A stretch of 64,000 bases of DNA from Paraspadella gotoi (taxonomy: Eukaryota; Animalia; Chaetognatha): the NCBI GenBank assembly GCA_051294375.1, contig CM119269.1, forward strand, positions 13,238,790 through 13,302,789, given 5' to 3'. Position 1 is the stretch's first letter. The number at the start of each line of letters is the position of its first letter. The position numbers and the translations under genes are program-made. A model generated the notes under the pieces. It was not told the origin of the DNA. It did not search any database and saw nothing but the letters and a program-made list of their open reading frames with translations. Shown here one piece after another: positions 13,602 through 27,228 of the stretch.

Positions 13602-16600
13602 ATGCTTCATTTTACGTCGTCCGTCGGTCGTCTTACGTCTTCGTTGTCGTCGTCAATCAGTCATCGTCATATCGAAGTTCCCGTCATTCGGTTCGGCTTC
13701 CGAAATTATTCTTCAAGAGAGAAAAATTACGAAGTAAAGGTTTTAACCTTTAAAACAGTAAACTACATCTTATGTTTAAAATTGATTACGTTTTTGCAAA
13801 TTAGGAACAAAATTTACTGATAATACCTTTATTCAACTAATAATTATTTAAAATCATCCAAATTATCCAAAAATTAACCATTCGGTTAATACGTAAATAA
13901 GCTCTCTTGCCCCTGACTTTGGACAGGCTATGTAATAGCTGAAAATAAGTAATACCATCTTCTCTTTGGGTAAAGAAATGTTTTTTAAAAAAAATTATAA
14001 AATTGAGAACATGAAAATTTTTATTGTGGTTTTAAGAATTGGCACAAAAAATAATTAAGACGGTTGTCGCTCTTGGAAGATATGTACTTACCAATGTGAC
14101 GCGGTTGTTAGATAAGAGCGAAGTAATAAATGAAAAAAAAATGACTAAATGAAAATCACGCGATCTTTATTTTATAAAAGTTGTCAAAGCGGTACAATAT
14201 ATGCAAAATTATGCGTCAAACAGTTGAGGCAAAATGGGGACGCATCCTAATTATAAAATTTAAATCTCATCAAATTAGTACAACCAATGTAAATAAATAG
14301 GCATGAAAATTGATATTTATACATAAATATATACACCATAAAAATATAAATATCGATATACTTCATCATCTTTCAATGTAGCTTCCTGTCATTTCTTGAA
14401 CAAGATCTGCTGCGAAATATGTATTAATGATAGAATATCAATGGTATTAATGATAGAAGTATTATTGATAAAAAACGTGTCGCTCATCCGGTTAATTCTT
14501 CGGCTTTAGAACATCACTTCTTTCATCTTAAAGCCTCTTAAATACGGAGGACGCCATTGAAATCCATGGGACGTCACCCAAATCCAGAGGGCGTATCCTC
14601 ACATCCAAAGGACTCCGCAACCGCCAAGTTTGAGGTTCCGCTGCGGAACGCCCCCAGCCTTGAGAGTGGAGGCTCTCGCGTGAAGATCGTCGGCGTCTTG
14701 AGGCTCTGAAGACAGGGTTGGGAGGATAAGAAGTTAGGTAGGGGAGGATTTAAGGACGATTTTTACTTACCGCGGGTTAAGGAAGGTGTTAGGGTTAAGG
14801 GTGTTTAGTGGTGGTTTAGAAGTTATAGGGGTAGTTAGGGTTACAAAGGGTTTAGCGTTAGCGGGTAATTGGGTAATATTTTTTTTTAAATTTTAATGTT
14901 TAAATAAGTATTTTTTAAATGGTTTTTCAACGAAAGTAAATTTAGCCGGTTCTTTTTTCCTTTAAGTCGGAAACACTATGTGTCTAGTAAATTTAAAGAA
15001 ATTGTAAATAAAAAAAGAAATTCTTTATGTAATATGTAATGTTTTAATGGGTTCGTAGACAATTCAATCGTAAAAATAAATGCAATATTTCAAATGAAGT
15101 AAGGTTTATACAATAAAATAAGAGCGTTGTTTTTCCGTCATATTAATACAAACCATGCAAGTGGCGTATCATATAATGATTACAAGTTTACCAAACTGTT
15201 CGTAAAAGTGAAAGGAAAAACTATTTTTATAATTTAGCCTTTAATTTAAATTTAAAATTTAAAATGATCGAATGCAATGTTAAGAGGTTTTTTCGTCGCT
15301 ATGGTATACGTTGACGAAACGATAGAGACGACGACGATCACGACGACTGTTATCGGGCGAAACGATGATCGAGGGCGGAGGCAGACGACCGGATCATCAT
15401 ATCCAAGCAAAAGTGAAGGGCCGCCGCCCGCCGCCTTCCGTCTATTCTGATTTTGGTTCCCTCGTTCCTCCAAACCTGACGACACAAATTACCATTATGA
15501 TGATGATTTATTTTGTATCGCGAAACGTTTTTAGCAAATAACAAAATTCATGCTTTAATTTTTCGTTTTTCAATTTCGACCTTTTGTATATATATATATA
15601 CTCTTTTCTTAATGTATACGAAATGCTTTTGAATTTAAAGTAAAAAAAAATTAAATCAACCGCAGCCTTCCTCACCGTTCTGGCTGCCCCGGGCTCTGAA
15701 CTTTCCGTCTGCTAAAGGTTAAGGTTTCCGGCAAGCGTGAATCTGAAGTAAAGGTCGTTCTTTGGCCACTGGAATGGCGCTCGATTCGAACACCGACCAA
15801 ATCACCTGTTAAATCCGCAGGGACCAGCAAATTACGAAACTTGATCATTATTTATTTATTCCATTTATAATAATATTTTCATTATTTTTATTCTTTTCCG
15901 CCAAAGTCCCACAACTTTTAAAGGCACCTTTTTAATGAATCCATTTTAGCACCCCGATTCTCCCACCTGCTCGTTGCACCCCGGGTGTGTGAGACTTCCG
16001 TTGTATCGATAAAAATACCACAGTTCGTTGGGCATAAAATCCGTCAGTTGTTCGCCGTTCAGAGCATTCGTCCATTTTCGTTTCTTAAACTTGAGAATTG
16101 TATTAAGATTCATTTTTTTTTTATTATTTATTTGTCTATATTTGTTGTTGATTTGTCTTAGTGTTAATTACCAATTTATTTGTTTATTGTTTGTTTATTA
16201 ATTGTTTCCGTTGTTTTCCTAACATTTCTTCTTCACCAGGGAACCGAGGTGAATTCAGCGACATCTTTTCGCGACTTTTCCGAGTTTGTCTTGTGTTTCA
16301 TCTTTGGCTTCGTACAAAACCCCGACGACGGCGAGTGCCAAACTCTTTCCGCCCTTCTGCCGCCTCGGCAACTTGGGTAGGCCTTTTCAAATCGCGGAAC
16401 GAACGAACGGCATGAATTAATGAAATTAATTAATTAATTAATGAAATAAAAATAAGTATTAAAGTTTTAATGAGTGATATCCTAAAACCATTTTCTCCCG
16501 GCGGCCAGTCTTTATTTTTGACGAAGGCATAATAGGTGAGAATAACAATAAAATTTAAAATAAATTGACACAATATTTTCGAATTAGGAAATATATTTTA

Positions 16601-19600
16601 CTTGTGGGTAAAAGGACGAAATGAACTTCAAATCCGTAAGTCTTTTCCATTGCTTAAAAACATGTCAGCTTCAGAATACTTTAAAAGAAAGTGTTGTTTT
16701 TAATTACTGCAATACGCAATGCTAAGTCTGTAATCTGTAAGTCTGTAAAATTTTAACAAATATTGATTTCGTAGTCGCCGAATCGATAAAAAAAAAAGTT
16801 ACCAAATCTTGAGTTCCAATGGAAGTGAGAAACTAGCGCCAGATGGGTAAAGTCCGCCCAGTCCACCGCCCCACCATTCCGGCAATTTGCGAGAAATTGA
16901 TTTCCGGTCACCGTGGAAACCGGAAGAGGATTTTCGTGATATTAACTGTGAGTCGAAGAACGAATAAATAGATATTACGAGACGAACAATGTTGCCTATA
17001 GCTTATATATTAGCTATATTATTTTAATTAATAAAATTTAAAAAAAAACAAAAGCGGGACTTTCAATGCGAATGTACAAAAAGTGATTTGCGTAAATTTT
17101 TAAACGAGGGTGCAATATCCACATAGGCACACGTCTAGTGGCAGGCGGCGCCACTGCGGGTCCGTAAGCCACTAGAGGTAGAAGACTACTTTAACTTTAA
17201 AGATAACTTAAAGATAACTTTAAGTACTCTAAGCCTATGGGGCATTACTTATTATCAAGAGTTTAGTTCCAGCTTTTTTTTTATTAATAACAAAAACGAT
17301 ATGTCCAAGCTATTTTAGATTGTTTTAGGTCTTCTTCTTAATTTTTTTTTTTACTTGTCCAGCGACAAAACTCTATTTAGGTCAAAATTCTATTGATCAG
17401 TTCGTTTTATCTCCAGTTACGTTTAAATATGGCCTAAAATTGATAATAATGTTACTAAATTAGTTTATTGTCAATAATAAAGTTAGATTTGTGTTTTAAG
17501 GTTATACTTATCACGAGCTCGCCTATGTAAATAAATCGCCACTAGTCATTCTCTTACTCGGTAAAAAAATAAAACCAAAATAATATAAGCAAATGAGTTG
17601 GAAATGAGGCTAGTAAAAAAACAAAGGAATCACAATTACCGGTCCCTGTGACTAATATTTTATGTGAGAAAGAGGGCCTCGTGACGTTTTTCGCAATCTC
17701 AAAACCTGGGCCGATGCGGCATCCATAAAAGGTCAGACCCCTCCCACTTTACGCCACGAACTTTTTAGAGTCAAAATCGATGGGCGACTGGATTCTGCCT
17801 CCGCAATCCTCGCCCATTCCTTTTGTTTGTTTCGTACCTACAGCGAAACGCGAAAGAAGCGAAAACAAAAAGTACAGGGTAATTGATTCTTTCTCGCTGC
17901 CTCCTGTATTAATTACTTTAACCTTCTCATTCGCCTTTTTTCGCTGATTCCTTTTTTAATCCGAGTTCTTAAGTCGGAAACTTAATTGCCTTTTTATTCG
18001 TCCCAATTAGGTTTATTTGTCAAACCGTGGATATTTAATTTAAAATGTATTGTGTTTTTCGATCATTTAATTAAGTTCTAAAATATAACGGGGACAAAAT
18101 CTTACAAACTTACGAAAACAACCACGGCGACGAAAAACTTATCGGCGATCAGCGACGGCGAAATAAGCGTCAACGCTCACAAACGACAGCGTAAAAAAAC
18201 TTTTTCATAGTTTAAATAGTTACGTTCTTTGTAAATTCGTAATATGTAGTATTGGTTGCCAATTTCGGCGACGATTAATCAAAAAATGTTGATAACGTTC
18301 CACCGCCACATGTGAAATCATCAAAAAAATGGAAATGATTTTGTTTGGAACCTTTTGTTTCGAAGAGCGGACTTTTTTGACTCGTAAGGCATTTTTCTTT
18401 CTCTCTCTCGCCTTCACGCCATTTCCCTAGAACCGTCTATTGCCCCTGGGTCAACTGGGACACCCTACTTTCTTTCCACTATCTTTACTGGATAAAGAAA
18501 TACAAGGTAAACTTGACCAAGTTTTATCATTATTATTTGGCCAAAGGGAAATATTTTGATTCCGAATCGGAATCACCTTTGCTTCCCATTTTATTTTTCA
18601 CGCCTTCGGGCTTATCACTGGTGCAGAGTTGCAGGAACTTTGCATACGCAAAATCCAAACGTTCATTTAAATTCTTTTTTTTCCACAGTGAATTTTGATC
18701 TTTGTCGTTTTTGTTTTAAAGCTTTAAATCAAGTATTAAAATTACGTTTTAATGTTTAAAAATTAGTCACTAGTTTAAGATTTAGATGAGAGATTAGGAG
18801 TTAGCTGATATGTTAGGGAAATTAAGTAGGGATTTGGTCATGACCTCGGTAAAAGATTAGGATTAATGTTTGATTCAAGTTAAGAAATCTTTGACTTTAA
18901 ATTTGGTTAGGGGTTATGTATTAGGTTAAATATTTTATAGGAGAGTTAGGGAGTTGAATAGTTTGGATTAGGATTAGAAGTAGAGTACTTTTGAAAAATG
19001 TGGGCAGTAACTTGTTAAATTTTTTTTTTTTTAAGGAATATTGAATATCGGGCCAAAATCGTCGCCTACCAACTCGAGAGTTCCTTCCTTTGTTCCTAAA
19101 ATTCATTGAGCTCCTCATCGCATTTTATGACATCATCTTTTGTCCACCGACTTTAGAATATCTTTACAAACAATATGGGTTAAAATTCAACAGTTGTATA
19201 CACGTAAAAATAAATAGGATAAGATGAACCTAGATTACATGGTCACCTGAATTTTCTGCAGCAGCTTTAAGAACCCATTACATATTATTAATATTTGTTA
19301 TCGAGGTGATTAACCATCTTTCGGAAATTTGGTCGTTATCTAATCTTTAAAGTTAGGGCCGCCTCGGGACCTAGATGTTAATTTTAAGAAAGGGATTAAC
19401 GATTACCATGTTTCCATATCGAAAGTCAGAGAGAAGTTATCCAACTTGAGATAACGAAAGCGTCTCAAAAGTAGCATTGAATGAACATGTTAGAGGTGGG
19501 TAGAATAAAGGAAAGAGAGCAAGACTGAGAAACGTTTTGGGGTGTCGGACGGATTGATTGGAATTTAAACTAAAAAAAATACAATTTGGAAAAACTCAAA

Positions 19601-22600
19601 TTATATCAATTGAAATTGGATTAACAAAACCCATTATATAAAATTTCCCATTTATTTATATAATAGGGCTATCGTTGTCCATCTGTCTCCATCACACTTA
19701 TAAAATAATGAACATAGTAGGCCGAAAAATTTTGCTATGCCATGCAACAACTGCGTTGCTCCGTCATAGAGTTCGAGGTTTTAGGTTCCTGTTCTACATA
19801 CTAAAATCTCCGGCTGGACATGACATTAAGATCGCCTACACTCAAAATTGTTTTTATTTTCTGCCGGTATTGATAATGATAAAAAAAGCCATAAAGATAA
19901 AAAAAATTGAGAATATGGTCCTTAATTTTCATACTTCGGCCGCCTACACATTAGTTTTCCAATGCAATTCACGAGCAGAATGAGGAACTCTCTCTCTCTC
20001 TCTCACTCTCTCTCTCTCTTTCTCTCTCTCTCTTCCTTTCTCTCTCTCTCTCCACGCCTATGTTTCTGCGTGTGAGGGAAGTTTTGATGCGTGAAGATAT
20101 ACGTGGCCTGTGAACATGCGCACAACGCGCAAGTTCTCGCACGTTGGTTCGCGCGCGCCATCCCGAGAGATTCGAGTTCTTCTCATTTTTCGATTCGAGA
20201 AAAAGATCCATCATCATCATCATCGTCATCATTGCATATTTCCATTTGCCCATCTCGAGCAACAACTTTCTTTCCTTGGCAACCAACTCTTATATTTTTT
20301 TTATGTTTTCCGGAAATATAATCGTTTTAAAGTAACGGCGTTTCCGTTTCGCGTTAGTGAGACTCATTCGCGATTGAAAATTGGTATTCGCTGTGTATTT
20401 TTATTAATTTGGTTTCATTAAAATTATTCAATATTCTGATGGCAACAGGCCGGGTTCCTGTTATGCCCATTTGGAATGGGGCATCTCACTGTTGGCTTTG
20501 GGCTTCCGCACCCTCAGTGACGCATCCAGTCACTGCGCGGTTACCCTAGGACGGTCTCGCTTTGCCAACGCAGAGGAAGTCATTAGGGACTGTGGATGGA
20601 ACACTACGCCTGGGATGTGTGTCCCCCCTCTGATGCCAATGGATTTGGCTGAACGATGGTGGACGTGAGGCGGTGTGAATATACGCCACAATTCAAATAT
20701 TATTTCAGATAATTTTTTACCTGTTCGGTTGCGCCTACTGATATTATGTTTTATTAATAAATTTTGTATGTATTTTATTTTAGCTTTACATTGTGACGCG
20801 GTCTTAAATCTTCAAAGAAACGACTATAAACTTTCATTCACACTATGGAATCACCGCGAACACGGCGGCCCGAGCCGAAGCCGAAAGGATTAACCGGAAC
20901 AGCGTAAATTGCAAAAAAGAGATCCGACTGCAAAAGTGATAAATATTCAAAAATATTGCATCATATTCGCTTCACTTGTTAATTATTACTTTCAATTTAC
21001 TTAATGGAACAGGAACTTCTGGGCGAACTCCAAAACCGATAGATTTGGTGGCATCCGAAAGGTCTCGTAAGGCATTGACCGACCAAGCCAAAGAGTGAGT
21101 CTTAAACGAATTGTAAATAAACTTTAAGCGCTTTAATCTGTCTGAGATTGTCTCAAAATTATATTTTGATTTTTAAACGTAAGCTGGAAAAAGTTTTTTA
21201 ACGAAACAACTGTATCTACCATAAAATTATCACTGAATTCCTGTTTCTTATAAGAACTGATCGGTTTGAATCAACAACTTTTGATCCGACGTGAGGATCG
21301 TCTCAAAATGAAAGGATCTGAGATACAAGGATAGAATTGGTGCAGGTCAGTTTTAACCAATAGATTATGACAAAAAAATTCTACGACGAGGATGAGTCCA
21401 TGTATGAGGAAGTGAACATTAAGATGAAAAGGGGTTAGCCGAAGCAGACCCCACTCGACAAATTATCTCCCGAGTTTCCCACATTTGGAATCCAAGGGTC
21501 AGCCCAACCGAAGTGCAATGGAAGGCCTCGCCTGGAGGAACTCCTTGCTGATTCAAGGTATCCTCTGAGCCAGGTAGTATGCCGCTGATGAAAATTGTTT
21601 TGTTAAAAATATGTCGGGTGTCTTTGCCTTAAAGTGGGTTTGAATTATTTAGTAGGTAAACCAAAAAAATTAACATGATATTAATCGAATACCCTAAAAA
21701 AGGAAATTTTTTTTTCATATTGATTATTGGCATAATTTAAACACTTAAGATTCCCACATTAAATGATGATGAATATATTGCTTGAATAAAATATAAACAT
21801 TATTTTTTTTTCCTTTTTTATCTATATTTTGAAATACAGAGTAATATGCAAACGTTTTGTAAAACAAGGGCCGCCATGAAACAAATGAACCACCCTGGAA
21901 ACGAGTTCGTGTCGACTTGAATGTATTATTCAACTTTCCCAGGTATGGAGGCGATCAGAAATAAACGAACACGACGTGACCCCGCGAAGTGGCTGATGTC
22001 ACGTACGGCCATTGGACGGACGAGGAAATGCTGCAAAAAGGTGGACTAGGATCAAGCAATCTAAATCTTTTTTTTTTTCATTTTCATGTTTTGCGAATTC
22101 GTTAAGCGCCGGGAGTTGGATGGACCGCGATCTGTGCAAGATGCCGAAGAGAGAATGTACTTGGAGCCTAAGTAATATTTTTAAAAGCTAATAATTAATT
22201 TTTATAAAATATTATCTGCAGAAATTTCTCGACTGCGAATTGCTAAACGCGGTTCTTGAACAACAATCTGGCTGCTTGCATGCGCGGTTGAGAAAGGGTG
22301 AGAAAGAAAATAAGAAAAAAGAAGAAGAAAGAAAGAAAAACAGAAAAAACTTCCAAATATCTTTCATTGCCTTTTAAATATTTACATTAAGGCGATCATG
22401 CAGAGAAAGACGCGGCCACATGCCGAACGTCTCAATAACCTTTTGTTTCAACGGCTCTCGCGCTCGAGAGATGCGTGTCGCAGGGGCAGAGCGAGATCCG
22501 AAGGAGGAGAGGACGATCCACGGGAGGCGTGGAATTCTCCAGAGGATTCTTAATCCCGTTATTGGAGGTGGAGTTCGTGTAGCCTCTGTACCCGCTGAAT

Positions 22601-23470
22601 CCAACTAAATCCTCCCCACCTTGTCCTATAATCCTCCAAACCCTGTCCTTAAATCCTTTCAAACCCTGTCCTTTAAATTCTCCAAACCCTGTCTAAATCC
22701 TCAAACCCTGTCCTTAAATCCTCCAAACCCATGTCCTTTGGATCCTTCACAACCTATCCTTAAATCCTCCAAACCCCTCCTGTCCTTGAAATCTCCAAAT
22801 CCCTGTCCTTAATTCTCCAAACCCTGTCCAGATCCCTCCAAACCCTGTTCCTTAAAATCTCCAACCCTTGTCCTTAAATCCTCTCCAAACCCTGTCCTTA
22901 GATCCTCCACACACCTTGTCCTTACATCCTCCAAATCCTGTCTTAAAATCCTCTGAACCCTATCCTTAAANNNNNNNNNNNNNNNNNNNNNNNNNGGGTT
23001 TGGAGGATTTAAGGACAGGGTTTGGAGGATTTAGACAGGGTTTGGAGAATTTAAGGACAGGGTTTGAAGGATTTAAGGACAGGGTTTGGAGGATTTAAGG
23101 ACAAGGTGGGGAGGATTTAGTTGGATTCAGCGGGTACAGAGGCTACACGAACTCACCTCCAATAACGGGATAAGATCCTCTGGAGAATTTCCACGCCCTC
23201 CCGTGGATCGTCCTCTCCTCCTTCGGGATCTCGCTCGCGCCCTGCGACGCCATCTCTCGAGCGCGAGACGCGTGAAACAAAAGGTTATTGAGACGTTCGG
23301 CCATGTTGCCCGCGTCTTTCTCTGCATGCTCGCCTTAATGTAAATATTTAAAAGGCATGAAAGATATTTGAAGGTTTTTTCTGTTTTTCTTTCTTTCTTT
23401 CTTTTTTCTTATTTTCTTTCTCACCGCGCAGTTGCCAAGCAGCCAGATTGTTGTTCAGAACCGCGTTTAG
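13602..23470 (+). CDS. Unidentified spliced gene X; exons ~13602-13739, ~14510-14716, ~23131-23339, possibly ~23432-23470; interrupted in the assembly by the inverted block
   Basis: GC-rich segments bounded by AG/GT. Exon 1 reads MLHFTSSVGRLTSSLSSSISHRHIEVPVIRFGFRNYSSREKNYEVK. The same exons are contiguous in the copy at 6250-8290. Frames of later exons are ambiguous because of indels. Confidence 0.5.
15299..18208 (-). pseudogene. Frameshifted mirror copy of the carbonic anhydrase gene (probably an assembly or read artefact)
   Basis: All 8 exons are recognisable as reverse complements of 27229-30030 but carry numerous indels. Confidence 0.75.
20436..20690 (-). mobile_element. ~260-bp dispersed element family B (solo-LTR- or SINE-like)
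   Basis: Reverse complement matches 61878-62140 (TGTGGCG..TATATTCAC.CCGCCTCACGTC ... CAGTGACTGGATGCGTCACTGAGGGT ... CCAAAGCCAACAGTGAGATGCCCC ... GTTGC). Absent from the mirror position near 25055. Confidence 0.75.
22610..23120. repeat. 22-bp minisatellite (GGATTTAAGGACAGGGTTTGGA)n in intron of gene X; both orientations flank the N-gap; also at 7590-7870
   Basis: Direct inspection of tandem units. Confidence 0.9.
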
Positions 23471-23658
23471 CATTCGCAGTCGAGAAATTTCTGCAGATAA
23501 TATTTTTATAAAAATTAATTATTAGCTTTTTAAAAATATTTACTTTAGTGCTCCAAGTACATCTTCTCTTCGGCCATCTTGCACAGATCGCTCCATCCAA
23601 CTCGCGCTTACGAATTCCAAAACATGAAAATTGAAAAAAAAAGATGAGATGCTTGATT

Positions 23659-24865
23659 CTACGTCCACCTTTTTGCATTTCCTCGTCCGTCCAATTGGCC
23701 GTATCGGTGACTCAGCCACTCGCGGGTCCACGTCGTGTTCGTTATTTTCTCATCGCCTCCATCACCTGGGAAGTTGAATAATACATTCAAGTCGAACACG
23801 AACTCGTTTCCAGGGTGTTCATTTGTTTCATGGCGGCCTGTTTTACAAAACGTTTGCATATTACTCTGTATTTCAAAATATAGATAAAAAGGAAAAAAAA
23901 AAAATGTTTATATTTTATTCAAGCATATGATTCATCATCATTAATGTGGGAATCTTAAGTGTTTAAATTTATGCAATATCATATGAAAAAAAAAATTTCC
24001 TTTTTTAGGGTATTCGATTATGATCATGTTAATTTTTTTTGGTTTACCTTACTAATAATTAAACCCACTTTAGGCAAAAGAACCGAATATTTTTAACAAA
24101 ACAATTTTCATCAAGCGGCATACTTACCTGGCTCAGAGGATACTTGATCAGCAAGGAGGTTCCTCCAGGGCGAGGCCCTTCATTGCACTTCGGTTGGGCT
24201 GACCCTTGCGATTTCCCCAAATGTGGGAAACTCGGGAGCATAATTTGTGACAGTGGGGTCTGCGTTCGCGCTAACCCTTATTAATCTTAATGTTCACTTC
24301 CTTATAATGGACTCATTCGTCGTAGAATATTTTTTGTTGTCATAATCTATTGGTTAAAACTGACCTGCACCATTCTATCCTTGTATCTCAGATCCTTCAT
24401 TTTGAGACGATCCTCAACGTCGGTCAAAAGTTGTTGATTCAAACCGATCAGTTCTTATAAAAAACAGGAATTCAGTGATAATTTTATGGTAGATACAGTT
24501 GTTCGTTAAAAACTTTTTCCAGCTTACGATTAAAGTTTAAAATCAAAATAATAATTTTGACACATATCTCAGACTAGATTAAAGCGCTTAAAGTTTATTT
24601 ACAATTCGTTTTAAGACTCACTCTTTGGCTTGGTCGGGTCATCCCTTACGAGACCTTTCGGATGCCACCAAATCTCATCGGTTTGGAGTTCGCCCAGAAG
24701 TTCCTGTTCCATTAAAGTATTGAAAGTATAATTAACAAGTGAAGCGAATATATGCAATATTTTTGAATATTTATCACTTTTGCAGTCGGATCTCTTTTTG
24801 CAATTTACCTGTTCCGTTAATCCTTTCGGCTTCGGCTCGGGCGCCGTGTTCGCGGGTGATTCCAT
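23659..24865 (-). CDS. Unidentified spliced gene Y, convergent with gene X (noisy mirror copy at ~20845-22050 on +)
   Basis: GT-AG bounded exons: MESPANTAPEPKPKGLTEQ | ELLGELQTDEIWWHPKGLVRDDPTKPK | LIGLNQQLLTDVEDRLKMKDLRYKDRMVQ | ...DPTVTNYAPEFPTFGEIARVSPTEVQ... The 3' exons are uncertain. Confidence 0.6.
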
Positions 24866-25434
24866 AGTGTGAATGAAAGTTTATAGTCGTTTCTTTGAAG
24901 ATTAGACGCGTCACAAATGTAAAGCTAAAATAAAAATAAATACAAATATTATTAATAAAAAAACATAATATCAGTAGCCAACCGAACAGGTAAAAAATAT
25001 NNNNNNNNNNATTATTAATAAAAAAAACATAATATCAGTAGCCAACCGAACAGGTAAATTTTAATGAAACAAATTAAATAATAAATACACAGCGAATACC
25101 AATTTTCAATCGCGAATGAGTCTCACTAAACGCGAAACGCGAAACGCGTTACTTTAACGATTATATTTCGGAAAACATAAAAAAATATAGAGTTGGTTGC
25201 CAAGGAAAGAAGTTGTTGCTCGAGATGGGCAAATGGAAAATGGCAATGATGACGATGATGACGATGATGATGATGATCTTTTCTCGATCGAAAATGAGAA
25301 GAAACTCGAATCTCTCGGGATGGCGCGCGCGAGCCAACGTGCGAGAACTTGCGCGTGTGCGCATGTTCACAGGCCACGTATATCTCACCATCAACTTCCC
25401 TCACACGCAGAAACATAGGCAGTTGGAGAAAAGA

Positions 25435-25525
<91 letters not shown>

Positions 25526-27228
25526 CTCATTCTGCCCGTGAGTTCATTGGAACTAATGTGTAGGCGGCCGAAGATTGAAAATAAGGACATATTACTCGAT
25601 TTTTTTATTTTTACGCTTTCCTTATCATTATCAATACCGGCAGAAAATAAAACAATTTTAGTGTAGGCGATCTTAAATTCTTAATGTCATGTCCAGCCGG
25701 AGCTATTTAGTATGTAAGAACAGGAACCTAAAACCTCGAACTCTATGAGAGCAACGCAGTTGTTGCATGCATAGCAAAATTTTCGGCCTACTATGTTATT
25801 ATTTTATAAGTGTGATGGAGACAAGATAGACAAGATAGCCTATTTATTAAATAAATGGAAATTTATTATGAATGGTTTGTACCAATTTCATTGATATATT
25901 TGAGTTTTTCCAATTGTATTTTTTTTAGTTTAAATTCCATCAATCGTGACACAAAAACGTTTCTCAGTCTTGCTCTCTTTCCTTTATTCTACCACCCAAA
26001 TGTCATTAAATCTATTCCTGAGACGCTTCGTTATCTCAAGTGGATAAACCTCTTGATTTGATGTCGGAAAATGCGTAATCGTAAATCCCGTTCTTAAATT
26101 AAATCTAGGTCCGAGGCGGCTTAACTTTAAAGATTAGAATAACGACCAAATTTCCGAAGATCGTTAATCATGATAACAAATATGATGTAATGGGTTTTAA
26201 GTGATTCAGGTGATTCAGGTGACCCATGTAATCTAGGTTCTTCTTATCCTATTTATTTTACGTTTGTCAACTGTTGAATTTTAACCCATATTGTTTGTAA
26301 AGGATATGTGGATATGTGGACAAAAAATGATGTCATAAAATGCGATGAGGAGCTCAATGGAATTTTAGGAACAAAGGAAGGAACTCTCGAGTTGGTAGGC
26401 GACGATTTTGTCCCGATATTCAATATTCCTTAAAAAAAAAAAATTAACAAGTTACTGCAACATTTTTCAAAAGTACTCTACTTCTCATCCTAATCCAAAT
26501 ATTCAACTCTAATCTCCTATAAAATATTTAACCTAATCAATAACCCTAACCAAATTTAAAGCTCAAATTCTTAACCTGAATCCCAAACCATTAATCCTAA
26601 TCTTTTACCGAGGTCATGAACCAAATCCCTATCTTAATCCCTAACATATCAGCTAACTCTAATCTCTCATCTAATCTTAACTATGATCTAATTTTTAAAC
26701 TTAAAAACGTATTTAATACTTGATTTAAGCTTTAAAACAAAACGACAAAGATCAAAATTCACTGTGAAAAAAAAAGAATTAAAGAACGTTTGGATTTTGC
26801 GTATGCAAAGTTCCTGCACTCTGCACCAGTGATAAGCCCGAAGGCGTGAAAAATAAAAGGGGAAGCAAAAGTTATTCGATTCGGAATCAAAATATTTCCC
26901 TTTGCCAAATAATAATGATAAACTTGGTCAAGTTTACCTTGTATTTCTTTATCCAAGTAAAGATAGTGAAAGAAAGTAGGGTGATCCCGTGACCCAGGGG
27001 CATAGACGTCTCTAGGGATGCGTGGAGGCGAGAGAGAGAAAGAGAATGCCGTACGAGTCAAAAAGTCGCTCTTCGAAACAAAAGGTTCCAAACAAAATCA
27101 TTTCCATTTTTTGATGATTTGCACATGTGGCGGTGGAACGTTATCAACATTTTTGATTAATCGTCGCCGAAATTGGCACCAAAATACTACATATTACGAT
27201 TTACAAAGAAACGTAACTATTTTAAACT

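Noticed and set aside
15299-18208. Genuine CA paralogue or pseudogene, and likewise second paramyosin and mucin genes at 42113-50876
   Set aside because: Differences are mostly scattered 1-bp indels in exons and introns alike, typical of raw long-read error rather than evolutionary decay.
22610-23120. Regular short repeats that could be mistaken for a CRISPR array (also 52703-53047, 62965-63400)
   Set aside because: Head-to-tail minisatellites with no unique spacers, eukaryotic context and no cas genes.
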